A stretch of 59,178 nt of DNA, filler included, from Stramenopiles sp. TOSAG23-6 (taxonomy: Eukaryota): the NCBI GenBank assembly GCA_900128565.1. It is 10 parts of 10 records of this genome, joined end to end, with 100 filler letters (N's around TTAATTAATTAA, not from the genome) between each part and the next. Parts side by side here need not be neighbours in the genome. Positions count along the whole stretch, not along the records: positions 41,518 to 47,338 come from LT636823.1; positions 47,439 to 53,258 come from LT636824.1; positions 53,359 to 59,178 come from LT636825.1; 7 more parts are not named here. The stretch is one strand, 5' to 3'. Made by a program: the position numbers and the translations under genes. The notes beneath the pieces are model-generated. The model had not been told where the DNA came from and made no database searches. It saw only the letters and a list, made by a program, of their open reading frames with translations. Positions 47,228 through 59,178 of this stretch are shown piece after piece (positions within the stretch are counted from its first letter, which is position 1; the number at the start of each line of letters is the position of its first letter).

Positions 47228-47493
47228 ATGTTTTTTGGAAAAATATTTCAAAATTTTTTTACAAAAAAAAAAATTTGTTAGGTACAAAATTTTTATAAAA
47301 AAATAAAAAAAATATTTACTAAAAAAAAAAAAAAAAAANNNNNNNNNNNNNNNNNNNNNNNNNNNNNNNNNNNNNNNNNNNNTTAATTAATTAANNNNNN
47401 NNNNNNNNNNNNNNNNNNNNNNNNNNNNNNNNNNNNNNGTACGAAATTTTGTACCTAACGAATTTTTTTTTGAAATATTTTTCCAAAATACAT

Positions 47494-48284
47494 TTTATCC
47501 AAGGACCTTGTCGAATATATAGTGTTCAATGAAAAATTTCTTGTGAATTCGCTTTGGGATGATGAAGATGACGGAGCTCATGAAGACTCTGTCATTGGTC
47601 TATGGATGTTTGCTATTGGCGTTAAAGTTGAGCATGAAAGTCGATTTAGTATGTATGTTTTTTTTTTTTTTTCAATTTTGAGTTTTTTTTTCGTACGAAA
47701 TTTTGTACCTAACAAATTAAAAAAAAAATTGAAATATTTTTCCAAAATACATATTAAGTTATTGTCGTTTTGAATCTATTGCATTATTTGATGTTCCAAT
47801 GAAATGCATGGAATCTGTGGTGTATCAAATGCAAAACAAAGATACGATGTGTGCGCCATGCATACGGTATCACACAATTGAAAAAGCTGATGTGGAATTA
47901 AAAAGTATTACAGCTCACAGTACTTCACTTAGTGTAACGACACCAAATTTACAAATGTTGCATATTCAAATTGGATTACTAAATACGCAAGGGACAATGT
48001 ATGCATTACTTTTAGATTTGAAATCTGCAACAGAAAAATTTTCTGCTGCTGCACTTGCATCACCAGAGACTGAATCAGTTGCACAAAATTTACGATTTGT
48101 TGAACTTTGGCTTCGAAAATTAGAAAACATCGAAAATGAAGAAACGAAACCTTCAATTTGTAGTGCAGTAGAATTCTGTGTTACAGCTGTGGTAAATGCA
48201 TTTGAGAATGCGATTGCAAGGCGTGCAAAACTCATTAGCGTTCCTCATTATCAGAAACTAGAAGACTTGGCTATTAAGTTTTGA
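47494..48284 (+). CDS. 3' exons of an unknown protein (47494-47652, 47753-48284)
   Basis: ORFs 47522 and 47799 are joined by intron 47653-47752. Confidence 0.55.
47653..47752 (+). other. Family intron GT..AT
   Basis: Removal gives RFS-I-LSYCRF, in frame with ORF 47799. Confidence 0.8.
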
Positions 48285-48344
48285 CATTATTATCGTCAAA
48301 ATAGATGAGTTTTGACATTATTATTGTCAAAATAGTTGAGTCGA

Positions 48345-48668
48345 TTAAACAGTGACTATTTTATTATGAATACGGCGCCAAGCACTAAATTTCCCCTTAA
48401 AACGCAATGTACCATCACCCCGAAGGCGTTCTGCATGAATATCAAAGTATTCTTGGAGTTTTTCTCTGGATTTTACGACATATGTCGCAACCATTTTCTT
48501 TTGAGGTGAGCTTTCTTCAACTTTAGGAATTTCCTCAACATTGGCAAGTTGAGCTGAGATAAAACCATCTATTGTTAGCATTTCCTTCATATGCGGAATA
48601 AGCCAGTCAGTATATTCTTTAACAATGTCTCTGTCTATAGACAAGTTAACCTCATAGATCACAGACAT
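48345..48668 (-). CDS. DUF4286 family protein
   Basis: VIYEVNLSID..WLIPHMKEMLTIDGF..LQEYFDIHAERLRGDG..RF. Confidence 0.75.
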   Translation of the reverse strand: MSVIYEVNLSIDRDIVKEYTDWLIPHMKEMLTIDGFISAQLANVEEIPKVEESSPQKKMVATYVVKSREKLQEYFDIHAERLRGDGTLRFKGKFSAWRRIHNKIVTV

Positions 48669-48895
48669 TGCAAAATGCACTTTGGTAATAGATAATTATT
48701 ATTACAAGGTACTTGAGAGTGTCCGTATCTACATTCATCATCAAAGTTGAGTCGAGTCAAAAAACGTCAAAAAATGAATTTGGAATTTAGGAGAGATTTT
48801 TTTCAGTTACACGACGTTACACAACTACTTTTACATAAAAAAGTGAAGCAAGTGTCTCTCACAGGTTGAGAAATTTATTATTTTAGCATTTCAAT

Positions 48896-50979
48896 ATGTC
48901 AGAAGAAGCCGAAACCGAAGTTATTGAAGAGTTTTTGTTGACTGACGATGAAGATGAAGAGTTTAATTATGATGATGTTCCAGATCATACGTTTAGCTCT
49001 GATGAAGACGATGATGAAGACCTCGAAACCGCATTAAGGTCACTGAACCGAGGTGAGAAGAAAAACTTTACTGATGATGACAGTGCATCAATACAAGTTC
49101 TATCAGAAACAGCTGTGAAACCATCAGTTGTCGACGATTTCATTCGCAATTTTTTAATTAAAATGGGCATGATGAGAGCTTTAGAAAGTTTTAATACAGA
49201 GTGGTATCAATTGCAAATGCGTAAAAATGTAAATAAAACGGATTTGGAAGATGTTCCTGATATTTATTTACAGAATCAAAAACTGAATAGGCAAATACAA
49301 GAAATGAGCAATGAAGTTTCTCAAATGAAAATTGTTGCTGATAAAGCCCAAGGAACGTGGGATAAGTTCAGAAAAGAACGCGACTTTCACCGCATGCATC
49401 ATGTACGTTTTCATTATAAATTTCATTTTTTTTTCATACGAAATTTTGTACCTAACGATTTTTTTTTAACCAAAAAAAAATAGTTTTTCACAATACATAA
49501 GCGAGTTGTACAGGAAAAGGATAAACTCGTCAAAAATATACGACGCTTAAAAAAACATTATGCTGGTTATGAACCTGCACTCAAATCAATACGTCAGAAA
49601 TACGAGCAAATAACTAAAGCTAAAATGTTGCTCACTCTTGAACGAGATCGACTTTTAGGTAAAAACAAAACTTTAGAGGAAGCTCTTTTGAATGTGACTC
49701 AAAATTCTGCGAAGGGCAAAAAACGCCAGGAGAATAAGAATAAAGGTCCTAAAAGTACTAGTAGAGCTACAAATGTAAAGAAAACGACAAAAAAAGCAAA
49801 AGATAGAAAAGGAAAAGTTGATTCACGAATCCCAACAAATCCTGTGAATAATCCGTATGTTAATATGGAATTCGATGCGAGTGATGCGGAAAATTTTTGC
49901 CTTCAAAAAACGTTTAAAGGCCACCTTAATCCTGTTGCTGCCATGGCGTTTCATCCAAAGAAACCTATTCTTGCAACTGTTAGTGATGATGAGACGTGGA
50001 AAATGTGGTCTGCTCCTAACGGTGAGTTAATAATGAGTGGCGAGGGTCATAAAGATTGGTTAGCCGGAGTCGATTTTCATCCAAGTGGCTCTCAGTTAGC
50101 AACTTGCTCTGGAGACAGTGATGTAAAATTATGGGATTTCGTTGCCGCTAGCTGCTCTCATACTTTCACAGAACATACACAAGCTGTGTGGGATGTGTCA
50201 TATCACCATGCAGGAGATTTTATTGCGTCATGTTCAATGGATCATACTTCGAAACTTTGGGATTTACACACACAAAAGTGTAGGCAAACATTTAGAGGTC
50301 ATGTATGTTTTATTTTTCATAGCATTTTTTTTAATCTACACTTTTTTTCATACGAAATTTTGTACCTAACGAATTTTTTACTAAAAAAAAAATATTTGTT
50401 CACAATACATGTAGATTCTGTGAATTCTATAATTTTCCAACCATTCACAAATAATATTTGTACTGCTAGTGGTGACAAAACTGTCTCAATTTGGGACATT
50501 CGATCTGGATTGTGTGTACAAACATTTTATGGGCATATGAATTCCTGTAATTCTGTTGCCTTTACATTAAACGGACAGACTATTGCGTCGTGTGTACGTT
50601 TTTATTTCAAATTTCGATTTTTTTTTTTTTTCGTATGAAATTTTGTACCTAACAAAATTTTAATTTTTTTTTCAAATATTTTTTCACAATATATGATGCA
50701 GATGGAATTGTCAAGTTTTGGGACATACGAACGATTCAACAAATTGGTGAAATGGACGCAGGACCACACCCTGCAAATAAAGTCGATTTTGATAGATCTG
50801 GTGAAATTCTTGCTGTGGCATCTGATGATGCGACTATTAAAATATTTGAGACAAAAACACTCAAATATGTAAAAGAATTACAAGGTCATGAAGACGCGGT
50901 CCAAGCAGTTCTTTTTGATCCAACAGGCAAATTTTTAGTTTCTGCTGGATCTGACTGTACTTTCCGTATCTGGTCCTAA
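48896..50979 (+). CDS. SPAG16: Flagellar central-pair WD40 protein PF20/SPAG16 (exons 48896-49402, 49499-50302, 50411-50593, 50695-50979)
   Basis: VVDDFIRNFLIKMGM..FNTEWY, KERDFHRMHH|KRVVQEK, and seven WD40 repeats. Confidence 0.92.
49403..49498 (+). other. Family intron GT..AT
   Basis: Restores RMHHKRVVQEK. Confidence 0.9.
50303..50410 (+). other. Family intron GT..AT
   Basis: Restores FRGHVDSVN. The AG 4 nt downstream would cause a frameshift. Confidence 0.9.
50594..50694 (+). other. Family intron GT..AT
   Basis: Restores IASCDADGIVKFWD. Confidence 0.9.
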
Positions 50980-51397
50980 AAGAGAAACCCTTACCCTATA
51001 CGCTGTACATTTTTGAAAAAGTATGAAATTTTCAATAAAATATAATAGTATTTTCAAATTAATTCATTTTATAAACATGAAAGGTTATTTATTAAGAAAA
51101 CACTACTCATTCACGACCCTTCTTTCGTTTGTCATTAACAACGGAGTAATAATTTCGGCGTAATTCCGTCTGACATAGCTAGCCTGATCATCTGGCAAGC
51201 TGTCGAAATATGGAGTATGAGGTACTAGTATATATATAATATATTCTGGTTCTTTTGTATCACTGACCGATTAACGGTTTATAAAAAAAGCTACCGTTAA
51301 AAAAGCGTTACAACTTTTTGTGCAAGAGAGAAATATAAAGACGGTACCCTGATTTAAAAGCATTCAAAATCACATAATTTGTGGTTATACGAATACC

Positions 51398-53258
51398 ATG
51401 AATGTAAATGAAACCCCGTTAGCTGTTATGCATAGGGCTCGAGAGTTACAGGGTTATGTACAGCATTTATTATTTGAAACGAACAGAGAGATCGCAAAGA
51501 GAAAAGGTAATTGCCCAGAACTAAAGAGAAAAAGCCAAATACTAGAAAGAGAACTAAAGGACTTAGTTCGAGAATATAATACATTCAAGGATTGTAAATT
51601 TGTGAAGAACATCACTAACGGTACGTTTGACGTAAATGATTTCTATAAAGAAAGTAAAATAATCGTTGACGAAAAAGGACAAGAAGGTCTGGTATCAGAC
51701 AATAACAATTTGAAAGTTGGTAATTTCCAAAAGACCATTGCTCTCACTCCCGAAAAGAAGCATTTTTTGACAAAAGAGCAAGAAACATCTCAAAGCATCA
51801 CTACTAGAAGCAAACACAAAGGGCATCCGTTGCACGAAATTACTGATGATTTTATTTCTGAACTCTTTAATAAAATCGATTCGAAACATTCTGGGACTTT
51901 GGACAAGAAAGGAATCAACAAATTGTTAACTAAACTCGGTGAAAATCTGAATAGTTTTTTTGGACTTAGACATAAAAAACTTGATGAAGCATTCTCCGAA
52001 ATGGACAAACTTAAGACAGGTAGAGTTACATTGTATAACTTTTTAGAGTGGCAACACCGCAACCATCCTACTGAGCCACATCATCTGATCCTTCAAAGCC
52101 GTTCCAATGCTAAAGAAAGGAAAACGTTGAGCAAGAAGGAGGTGAGTGACCTATTAAAGAGATCAGGCCATCCGACCACGGGTTTTTTTCATTTTGGTAC
52201 ATCTAAAAAGAAATTGAATGCAGCATATGAAGAAATGGACAAAGATAAAAATGGTAGTGTTACAATGGAAGAATTCATATCGTGGCAACAAAAGAAAGCT
52301 CATGCTGAAGTTCACGCGGATAAATCAATGAGCAAAGATGAGCACAAAGCCAAATATCAAAAAAGAAAATATGAGCTTCTTTGTCAAAAATACATTCCCA
52401 TTCAAACAACTGATAGTAAAAAGACAGTAGAAATAGATGCACACATCCANGAGCTTTTTTCAAAGCTTGATAAAAATAATACGGGTTATTTGAATGAAAA
52501 AGAAGTCGGTAAACTAACAAAACAAATGGGAGAGAAACTGACTTCAGTGTTTGGGCACAAGAAACTTGATACAGCATTTTATGAAATGGATGTTGATGGT
52601 ATATGCTTGGTCACAGTCAATCAGTTCTTGGATTGGCACCATCGTACATATCCTACGGAATTTCATCATTTACTTCTACGGATACAATATCTCTTTGAAA
52701 AAGTAGATGTTAATAACAAAGGTTGGTTGGATGAAACTGGTATCAAATCATTACTAAAACTAACTGGTCATAACCTTACCGGTAAGTTTCATTTCGGAAC
52801 TTCACAAAAACAATTAAATGAAGCTTTTGCTGAGATGGATAAAGATGGTAGTGGTCTCGTCGTGATCGACGAGTTCATAATCTGGCATCAAAATCATATA
52901 CCTGATAATACGGCTACAGATGTACAGAGTCTTTACAGAGCTCATAAACTTCGCCAAGAATTACAAACTGAAAAAGAATTTGTAGATACTTCTAGTATTG
53001 AAAATAAAGATGCCGAATTGAATGAAATGAAAGAAGAATATGCAAAATTGAAAGAGAAACATGCACTTTCACTTGGAAAACAAAAATCCACTCATAAAAT
53101 TGCATTAGAAAATATAGCTACACAGCACAAAGCTGAGATGAAGCGTTGTTTGGATGAAGCCAAAGGCAATAAAACAAATGCACTTGAAGCTTTGGCTCAA
53201 AATCATAGATCTGAAATACAACGTTTCGAAAATCAAATTCAACTACACAAAGAAGCGG
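51398..53258 (+). CDS. EF-hand repeat protein with an internal duplication and C-terminal coiled coil (3' partial)
   Basis: EMDKDKNGSVTMEEF, LDKNNTGYLNEKEV, EMDKDGSGLVVIDEF; two related blocks. Confidence 0.75.
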
Positions 53259-53360
53259 NNNNNNNNNNNNNNNNNNNNNNNNNNNNNNNNNNNNNNNNNN
53301 NNTTAATTAATTAANNNNNNNNNNNNNNNNNNNNNNNNNNNNNNNNNNNNNNNNNNNNCA

Positions 53361-56300
53361 AATAATCGTAATAATAATAAATCTTCANCGCGTAGTAGTT
53401 CATCTCGAGGTGGTTCAAATAGACATTATAGACGTGGCCGTTCACGTGAATGTATTATATTGGCAGCTTGTGGTGCAAATGAGACTCTTCCTGTGAATCC
53501 TGGTGTACCTGCAGATTTATTTACTTCCTGTCTAACTACTCCAATCAAGATGGCATTACATTGGTTTCTTAGTAGAAATCCTCTATCGATTGATATAGAT
53601 CCTAAATTAATAGATAAAATACCTGGAAGTCTTTCTGATCGAAAGACTCCTTTTGGTGAATTGAATTGGATATTTACATCAATTACTGATACAATTGCTT
53701 GGAATGTCTTACCATTACCTTTATTTCAGAGATTATTTCGTCAGGATTTATTATTAGCTTCTCTATTTAGAAACTTTTTATTAGCTGAACGTATTATGGG
53801 ATCTCTTCATTGTACTCCTGTATCAAGACCAAAATTACCATCTACGGCTGCTCATCATTTATGGCAATCATGGGATCTTGCAGTTGAACAATGTCTTGCT
53901 CAATTATCAGCACTATTATCACCGAGTCCTATGACTCATCGATCTCTACGTGGTAGCCTCAATACTCACTATTATAGACGTCGGTATAGTGTAGGATCAA
54001 ATCTTTCCATGTATAATGGAAGTTCTTCTCATCATCAAAAAAAAGATATGAATAAAAATATTAAAAATAATAAAGGATTCATTGATATAGAACCAAAACA
54101 AAAACATCAGAAAAAAATAAAATGTACAGAAGAGGAAAAAACATCAACAGCAGCTGGGCCACCCGTTGAAGTGTCTACCTCTAAAAATTTTGACAATGAA
54201 AACAGTAAAACATCTAGTGAATCCAATTCATCGACATTGAATAAACAAAAATCACGAAATAAGGAGTTGAAACTACAGAAAAATTCACTTCAAAATGATA
54301 ATAATAAAAGTGAACCTATCTCAAAAGCTGCAATGGCTGCTTTTAAACATTCATCCTTTTTTGAGGAACAACTGACTGCGTTTCAAGTTTGGCTACGGTT
54401 TGGTGATGTTCAGAATAAAGTTCCTGAACAATTACCCATTGTTTTACAAGTCCTTTTGTCTCAAGTTCATCGAGTTCGTGCTCTTCAACTACTTGCTGAA
54501 TTCTTAGATCTCGGTCGTTGGGCTGTTAATTTAGCACTTTCTGTAGGAATTCATCCATATGTATTGAAGTTATTATTAAGTCCTGCTGTTGAACTTAGAC
54601 CAATACTGGTTTTTATATGGGCTCGTATTATTGATCTTGATCTTAGTTGTCAGGATGATTTGCTCAAGAATGGTGGACATATGTATTTTGTATCACAACT
54701 TGCTCAAAATTCTAGACATTCAAGTATTAGTGGATATGATACAGGAACAGGTTTGTTGAGTGTACTTGGGGAGTAATGTATGGAAATTCGCCAAAAATGT
54801 CAATGGATGCTATTAGTATGATTTACGCCCAGAGGAAATGGATGGCAGCTTATGTTTTAGCTCTTTTAATGCATGATAACCACGTTGGTCAGAAACAATG
54901 TCTTGAAGCTCGTTTTCATTTAGTAGCTGGTGATAATTTAACATCGAATGATTCAATGTTGCGACAATGGCTTTGTCTTGCTCTTGCAAAGCAGTGGCAT
55001 AATTACGATGATGCTCGGTGGATAGCGACAAAAGATAATACTGTTGATAGACTTTTTCCGTTACTTGATGATGATGTACCTGAAGTAAGAGGTGCGGCTG
55101 CCCTGGCTGTAGGAGAATTGCTTGGTTGTAATCGACCTTTGAAGAAGTCTTTAGATAAATTGGGTGTTATTGATGATATAGTGGGAGATATTGATAATAT
55201 TGATATGGTGCGTGCAGATCTACTTCTTGTAACAAAACTTCTTCCTTTGTATAATGATTGTAGTCTAGTTCCTCGTAGAGAAATGTTGTTAGCAGTAGCT
55301 CGTCTAGTAGTTGATCCTCGGCATTCTCCATATATTCAAGTTGTAGCATTAGCTCTTGCAGAAGAAAAACGGAGACAACGAACAGAAATGCAACGTATTG
55401 CTATGGAAAGGAGTCGAAGACGAGTGACTGATGGTGAAAATTCAAGACGACCTTCAGAAGATGTTACTGATGGTTGGGGTCAACAAATTTTATCTCGATT
55501 ACAAGATGATATGGGATCAATGGCAGATACGGCAGCTGCTTATCTTGCAATATGGCAAGTCGTTCGTGATATGTACAGACGTGATCCTGCGCCATTAGTC
55601 CAACGTATCGCAGCCACTTTAGTAAAGCATGTAAATACTGAAATGGTTGAAAAAGGTACAAAATATGTAAGAGTAAGTGGTTCGGCTTCTGCTGATAATT
55701 TGGCTTTTTCTCCTCAAAGAGTTGAACAAAGTGGTAAAAATAAAAAAAAGGATGCATCTGTAAAGTCTGGTATGAAAAAAGTAATGAGTATGGATTTTAC
55801 TAAATTGAATCAGAAAAGAAAAGATGGAGAAACTGTGATGAATAAAATTCGTACCCAAAGTTTAGATAAAAGTCGTAAAATCAAAATTAAAATTGGTCAA
55901 AAGACTGTCGATAAAAGTCAGACAAGTGATGCAAGTACTCTTTCTGGTAATATGGATAATAGTAAACGTGGTAATATGGATAATAGTAATCATGGTAATG
56001 TGGATAATAGTAATGGTGGTAATAGTAATGGTGGTAATGTGGATAATAGTAATGGTGGTAATGTGAATAATCGTAGGAAACTACAAACACCAGCTGAAAT
56101 CGAAGCTGAATCAAATAGACAAATGGAAGTAAGACGCCAAGTAAAAACTACCTTACTTGAATTACGTCTTCGTTCTACTATATTTGAATGGAGTATGGCT
56201 CGATTTGGTAAATCACTTTTAACTCCAACTTCAAATGGAAGCGATCCTATCAGTCGCGAAGGTGCTGCTCTGCGCTATCGACGTCGTCGTCATGCAAAAG

Positions 56301-57313
56301 TAAGCTCAATGTGCAATGCTACACCAGAAATTAAGAAATTTGTTCAAAGTGCTATTCTTGATAATGAAAGTGAAATGAGTTCAGTTTTACTCTTTCATCC
56401 GTATGAAACTTGTTTAGTTGTTGCAAATGTTAAGGATGAAATTCGTTTGTGGAATTATGATGCGGGTGAAAAAATGGGTCAATTTAGTAATCAAAATCGT
56501 GGACCTAGTCGAGTGACATCATTATTATGGGTAAATCCTAATGATGATTCTTTACTGATGGTTGGTTCCGATGATGGAATGGTCAGATCATGGCATCATC
56601 CTTGTGGTGATATATCACTTGTTTCGGCATTTGCAGCTGTACCAGACTTGGTTCCTGGGAAACGTGGATCAGGTCTTGTTTTAGAATGGCAACAAGAACA
56701 TGGGATGCTTTTAGCTACAGGTAACTCTACATTATTGCGAATGTGGGATTTGGAAACAGAACGATGTGTATGCACTGTGCCTACTTTGACTGATAATTGT
56801 GTAACAAGTATGACATCATGGCCAAATGGTGCAACCATAGCAGCAAGCTGTGGCGATGGATCTATTCGGATTATTGATAAAAGATCTCCTAGCGAATGTG
56901 CAGTGACTGCAACTATGCGTGAACATAAACATTGGGTTGTAAATGTACATAAACAATTGGGATCTGACCAACATTTAATATCTGCATCTGTTGCAGGCGA
57001 TGTGAAACTGTGGGATATGAGACGATCAGCAACATCAATACAAACTATACGTGCCCATAAACCAGGTGCACCATGTACTGCCTTTATTTCTCATGATTAT
57101 GCTCCTGTTCTTGCAAGTGGATCACATAAACAATTTATACGAGTTTTTAAAACTGATGGGGAAACTATTAGTACAATTAGATATCATGATGGGTTTCTTG
57201 GTCAAAGAATTGGACCTGTTGCATGCCTAGCGTTTCATCCAAATGAAATGTTTCTTGCAGCAGGTGCCACTGATAGTATTATCAGCATATATTCTTCAAA
57301 TAAAAAGTCATGA
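53361..57313 (+). CDS. RPTOR: Raptor/KOG1 (5' partial; frame break near 54751-54776)
   Basis: [55 protein letters not shown] repeats, and C-terminal WD40 ending [17 protein letters not shown]. Confidence 0.95.
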
Positions 57314-57444
57314 TTTTATATTTTATTTTTATTAGTTTTTCATACGACAAAATAATGGTAGTATACACTATACAATCACAAAAAATACAAATAAAATAGA
57401 AAAACAATGAAAACATTAATATTTTTTTTAATTCCACAAAATTT

Positions 57445-59143
57445 TTAAAGGTCCAATTCATCCCAGTCAATTTCTTCTTCTTCTTCAGATTCTTGTACAA
57501 TTTGACTATCATCGGCTTCTGGAATATCATCAGCTACTGCAACTGTTGGACCTACTTCAGGACCATGTTGAATCCCTTCCTTTTCTCCATCTTTAACATT
57601 AGTTGCATCGCCTTGTTCTTTCAAATCTTGTTTCATAAAAAAACCTGTAACAGAAGGAAGTTGATCCAATCTATCGAGAGCTTGCTGTACCATATTACTA
57701 CTATCATCATTGACTACACCCTCCACTTTTGCTTCTTCTTCTTCACCTCTAGGTGGAGGAGTAAAAAAAGGTAATCGTCCACGTTGAAAATCATTAAGTA
57801 CTCTTTTTGCTACTGTAGGTAAATCAGCTTCGCCCCCTTTCAGTAATTTTCCACTTTTAATTGCAATTTGTGTCAAGAAATCTTCACAATTTTTCCATGA
57901 GGACAGTCCATAATATCGTTTCAAGTATATAGGCTTAACCCGGCGTAAAACACCATGTACGTATAATTCTGGGCAGTCCAAGCGCTCTGAGCGAACTACA
58001 CCTTTCAACACAATATCTTCTTCAGTATCTCCTGTGTCATACACTACTCCAGGACAGTCAATAAGATGAACTCGTTTCATTAGTGTAATATATTGCCATA
58101 CTTTAGTTTCGCCTGGAATAGGTGCAGCCTTACAGACTGACTTTTTCATTAACGCATTAATCACAGACGACTTGCCAGCATTAGGGTAACCAATAAAACC
58201 TACACTAATTTGTTGCTTTGATGAATGAAGAGCTGCAAACTGACGAAGTACTGAAATAAGAGCACCTTTACCAAACGGATTCATCATATTAGCATGAAAA
58301 ACAATCGTTGGATAATCTTTACTTAATTCCTGTGCCCAACGACGAGTCACCCAAGGTGGGACTAAATCACATTTATTCAACACTAAGATGAGATGTTTAT
58401 GACTCGCGTGTTTGCGTAGGTAATTTTCTACATGCTTTGAACGAGTTCCCACAGGGTTACGCGCATCGAGAACTTGAACAACTACATCAGCACAGTCTAA
58501 AACTTTATAAAGCTCTTTCCAGATACGATTACTTTGACCTGCGCCAAATATTATTTCCTTCTCGACCTTGATAACTTCCTCTTTCTCGATATTACTGTCA
58601 TTATTCGCCACGTATGAACCAGTTGAGGAACTTGCACGTTCGACAAGAGCTGCCAAATCAGTTGCACCTCCAGCAATCTTCGCACGCTTTCTGCGCTTAC
58701 GAGGTCCAAATACATCAGAAAAACTCTCTGTAGTCAACAAGTTCATCTGGCGAGTCTTTTTGGGATCTTGTAAAAGACTCATTGGTAGCTTGCGTGTACG
58801 AAGCACCACACTGTACGGGTCAGCAACTTTNAAATTGGTCAAGCTCAGTTGTTCCGATAGTACGAGTATTACCAAACCAACGACGATCTGGTGCTACTCG
58901 CGCAACACCATGGCTATTGATCACTTTGCCGCCAGATTGAGTCTTCATCATTAGCGTACCACTCACCATTTTCCCTTTTTTATCACGTTTGGCTTTACCT
59001 CCACGGTACATGTTTATACGATTAATTGTTTGCTTTGAACGCATGGATGTATCACCCTTTTTAACCTTACGATTGACATTTGATGATGATTGTGATGTCT
59101 TATTTGACAAACCGCGACGACCGCGACCTCCACCAGGTGCCAT
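57445..59143 (-). CDS. NOG2: Nucleolar GTPase NOG2/GNL2 (frame break at N 58831)
   Basis: [64 protein letters not shown]. Confidence 0.95.
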
Positions 59144-59178
59144 GATGTAAAATATCTATTAAGTTCACAAATAAATGA

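Larger units (their letters stand above)
1..50694. mobile_element. Dispersed introner-like intron family (~55 copies, mostly 88-143 nt), consensus GTAYGTTTT...TACGAAATTTYGTACCTAAC...AAATATTTTTYCAMAATACAT
   Basis: The same sequence architecture recurs in many unrelated genes on 9 of 10 contigs. Removing each copy restores the reading frame and conserved motifs. Termini are short inverted repeats (ATGTAT..ATACAT). Mobility is inferred; no transposase is visible. Confidence 0.75.

Noticed and set aside
44187-47338. CRISPR-like array of palindromic repeats
   Set aside because: The spacing is irregular, the 'spacers' are eukaryotic exons, and there are no cas genes. The repeats are introns.
55945-56070. 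GN(M/V)DNSN tandem repeat in Raptor
   Set aside because: An ordinary low-complexity linker expansion.
58820-58875. Programmed frameshift or pseudogenisation of NOG2
   Set aside because: The break coincides with a single N at 58831, where several expected residues are missing. It is an assembly gap.

Overview
AT-rich eukaryotic DNA from a compact genome of a flagellated protist (it has SPAG16/PF20; the lineage cannot be fixed from this window). The window is ten unrelated contigs of about 5.8 kb, joined by artificial N-TTAATTAATTAA-N linkers. Recognisable genes are FANCI, a RAD5-like SNF2/RING helicase, ATP23, RPC40/RPAC1, L2HGDH, NPRL2, SPAG16, Raptor and NOG2, plus EF-hand, DUF4116, BTB, U-box/Sel1, 2OG-Fe(II) and HERC-like proteins. 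The main signal is that almost every intron belongs to one repeated family, mostly 90-110 nt long. By hand I count 41 complete and about 14 partial copies, and all intronic copies are in the sense orientation of the host gene. The consensus is GTAYGTTTT...TTCRTACGAAATTTYGTACCTAAC...GAAATATTTTTYCAMAATACAT. These introns have a yeast-like donor and a CTAAC branch motif, but they end in AT rather than AG (33 of 41 AT; only 3 AG). Conserved protein motifs are restored only when these non-AG ends are used. The elements have short terminal inverted repeats, often a 2-bp direct repeat, and an internal palindrome. This suggests an introner-like mobile intron family plus a splicing machinery with relaxed or rewired 3' splice-site recognition. 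Splicing is inferred from reading frames, not observed.
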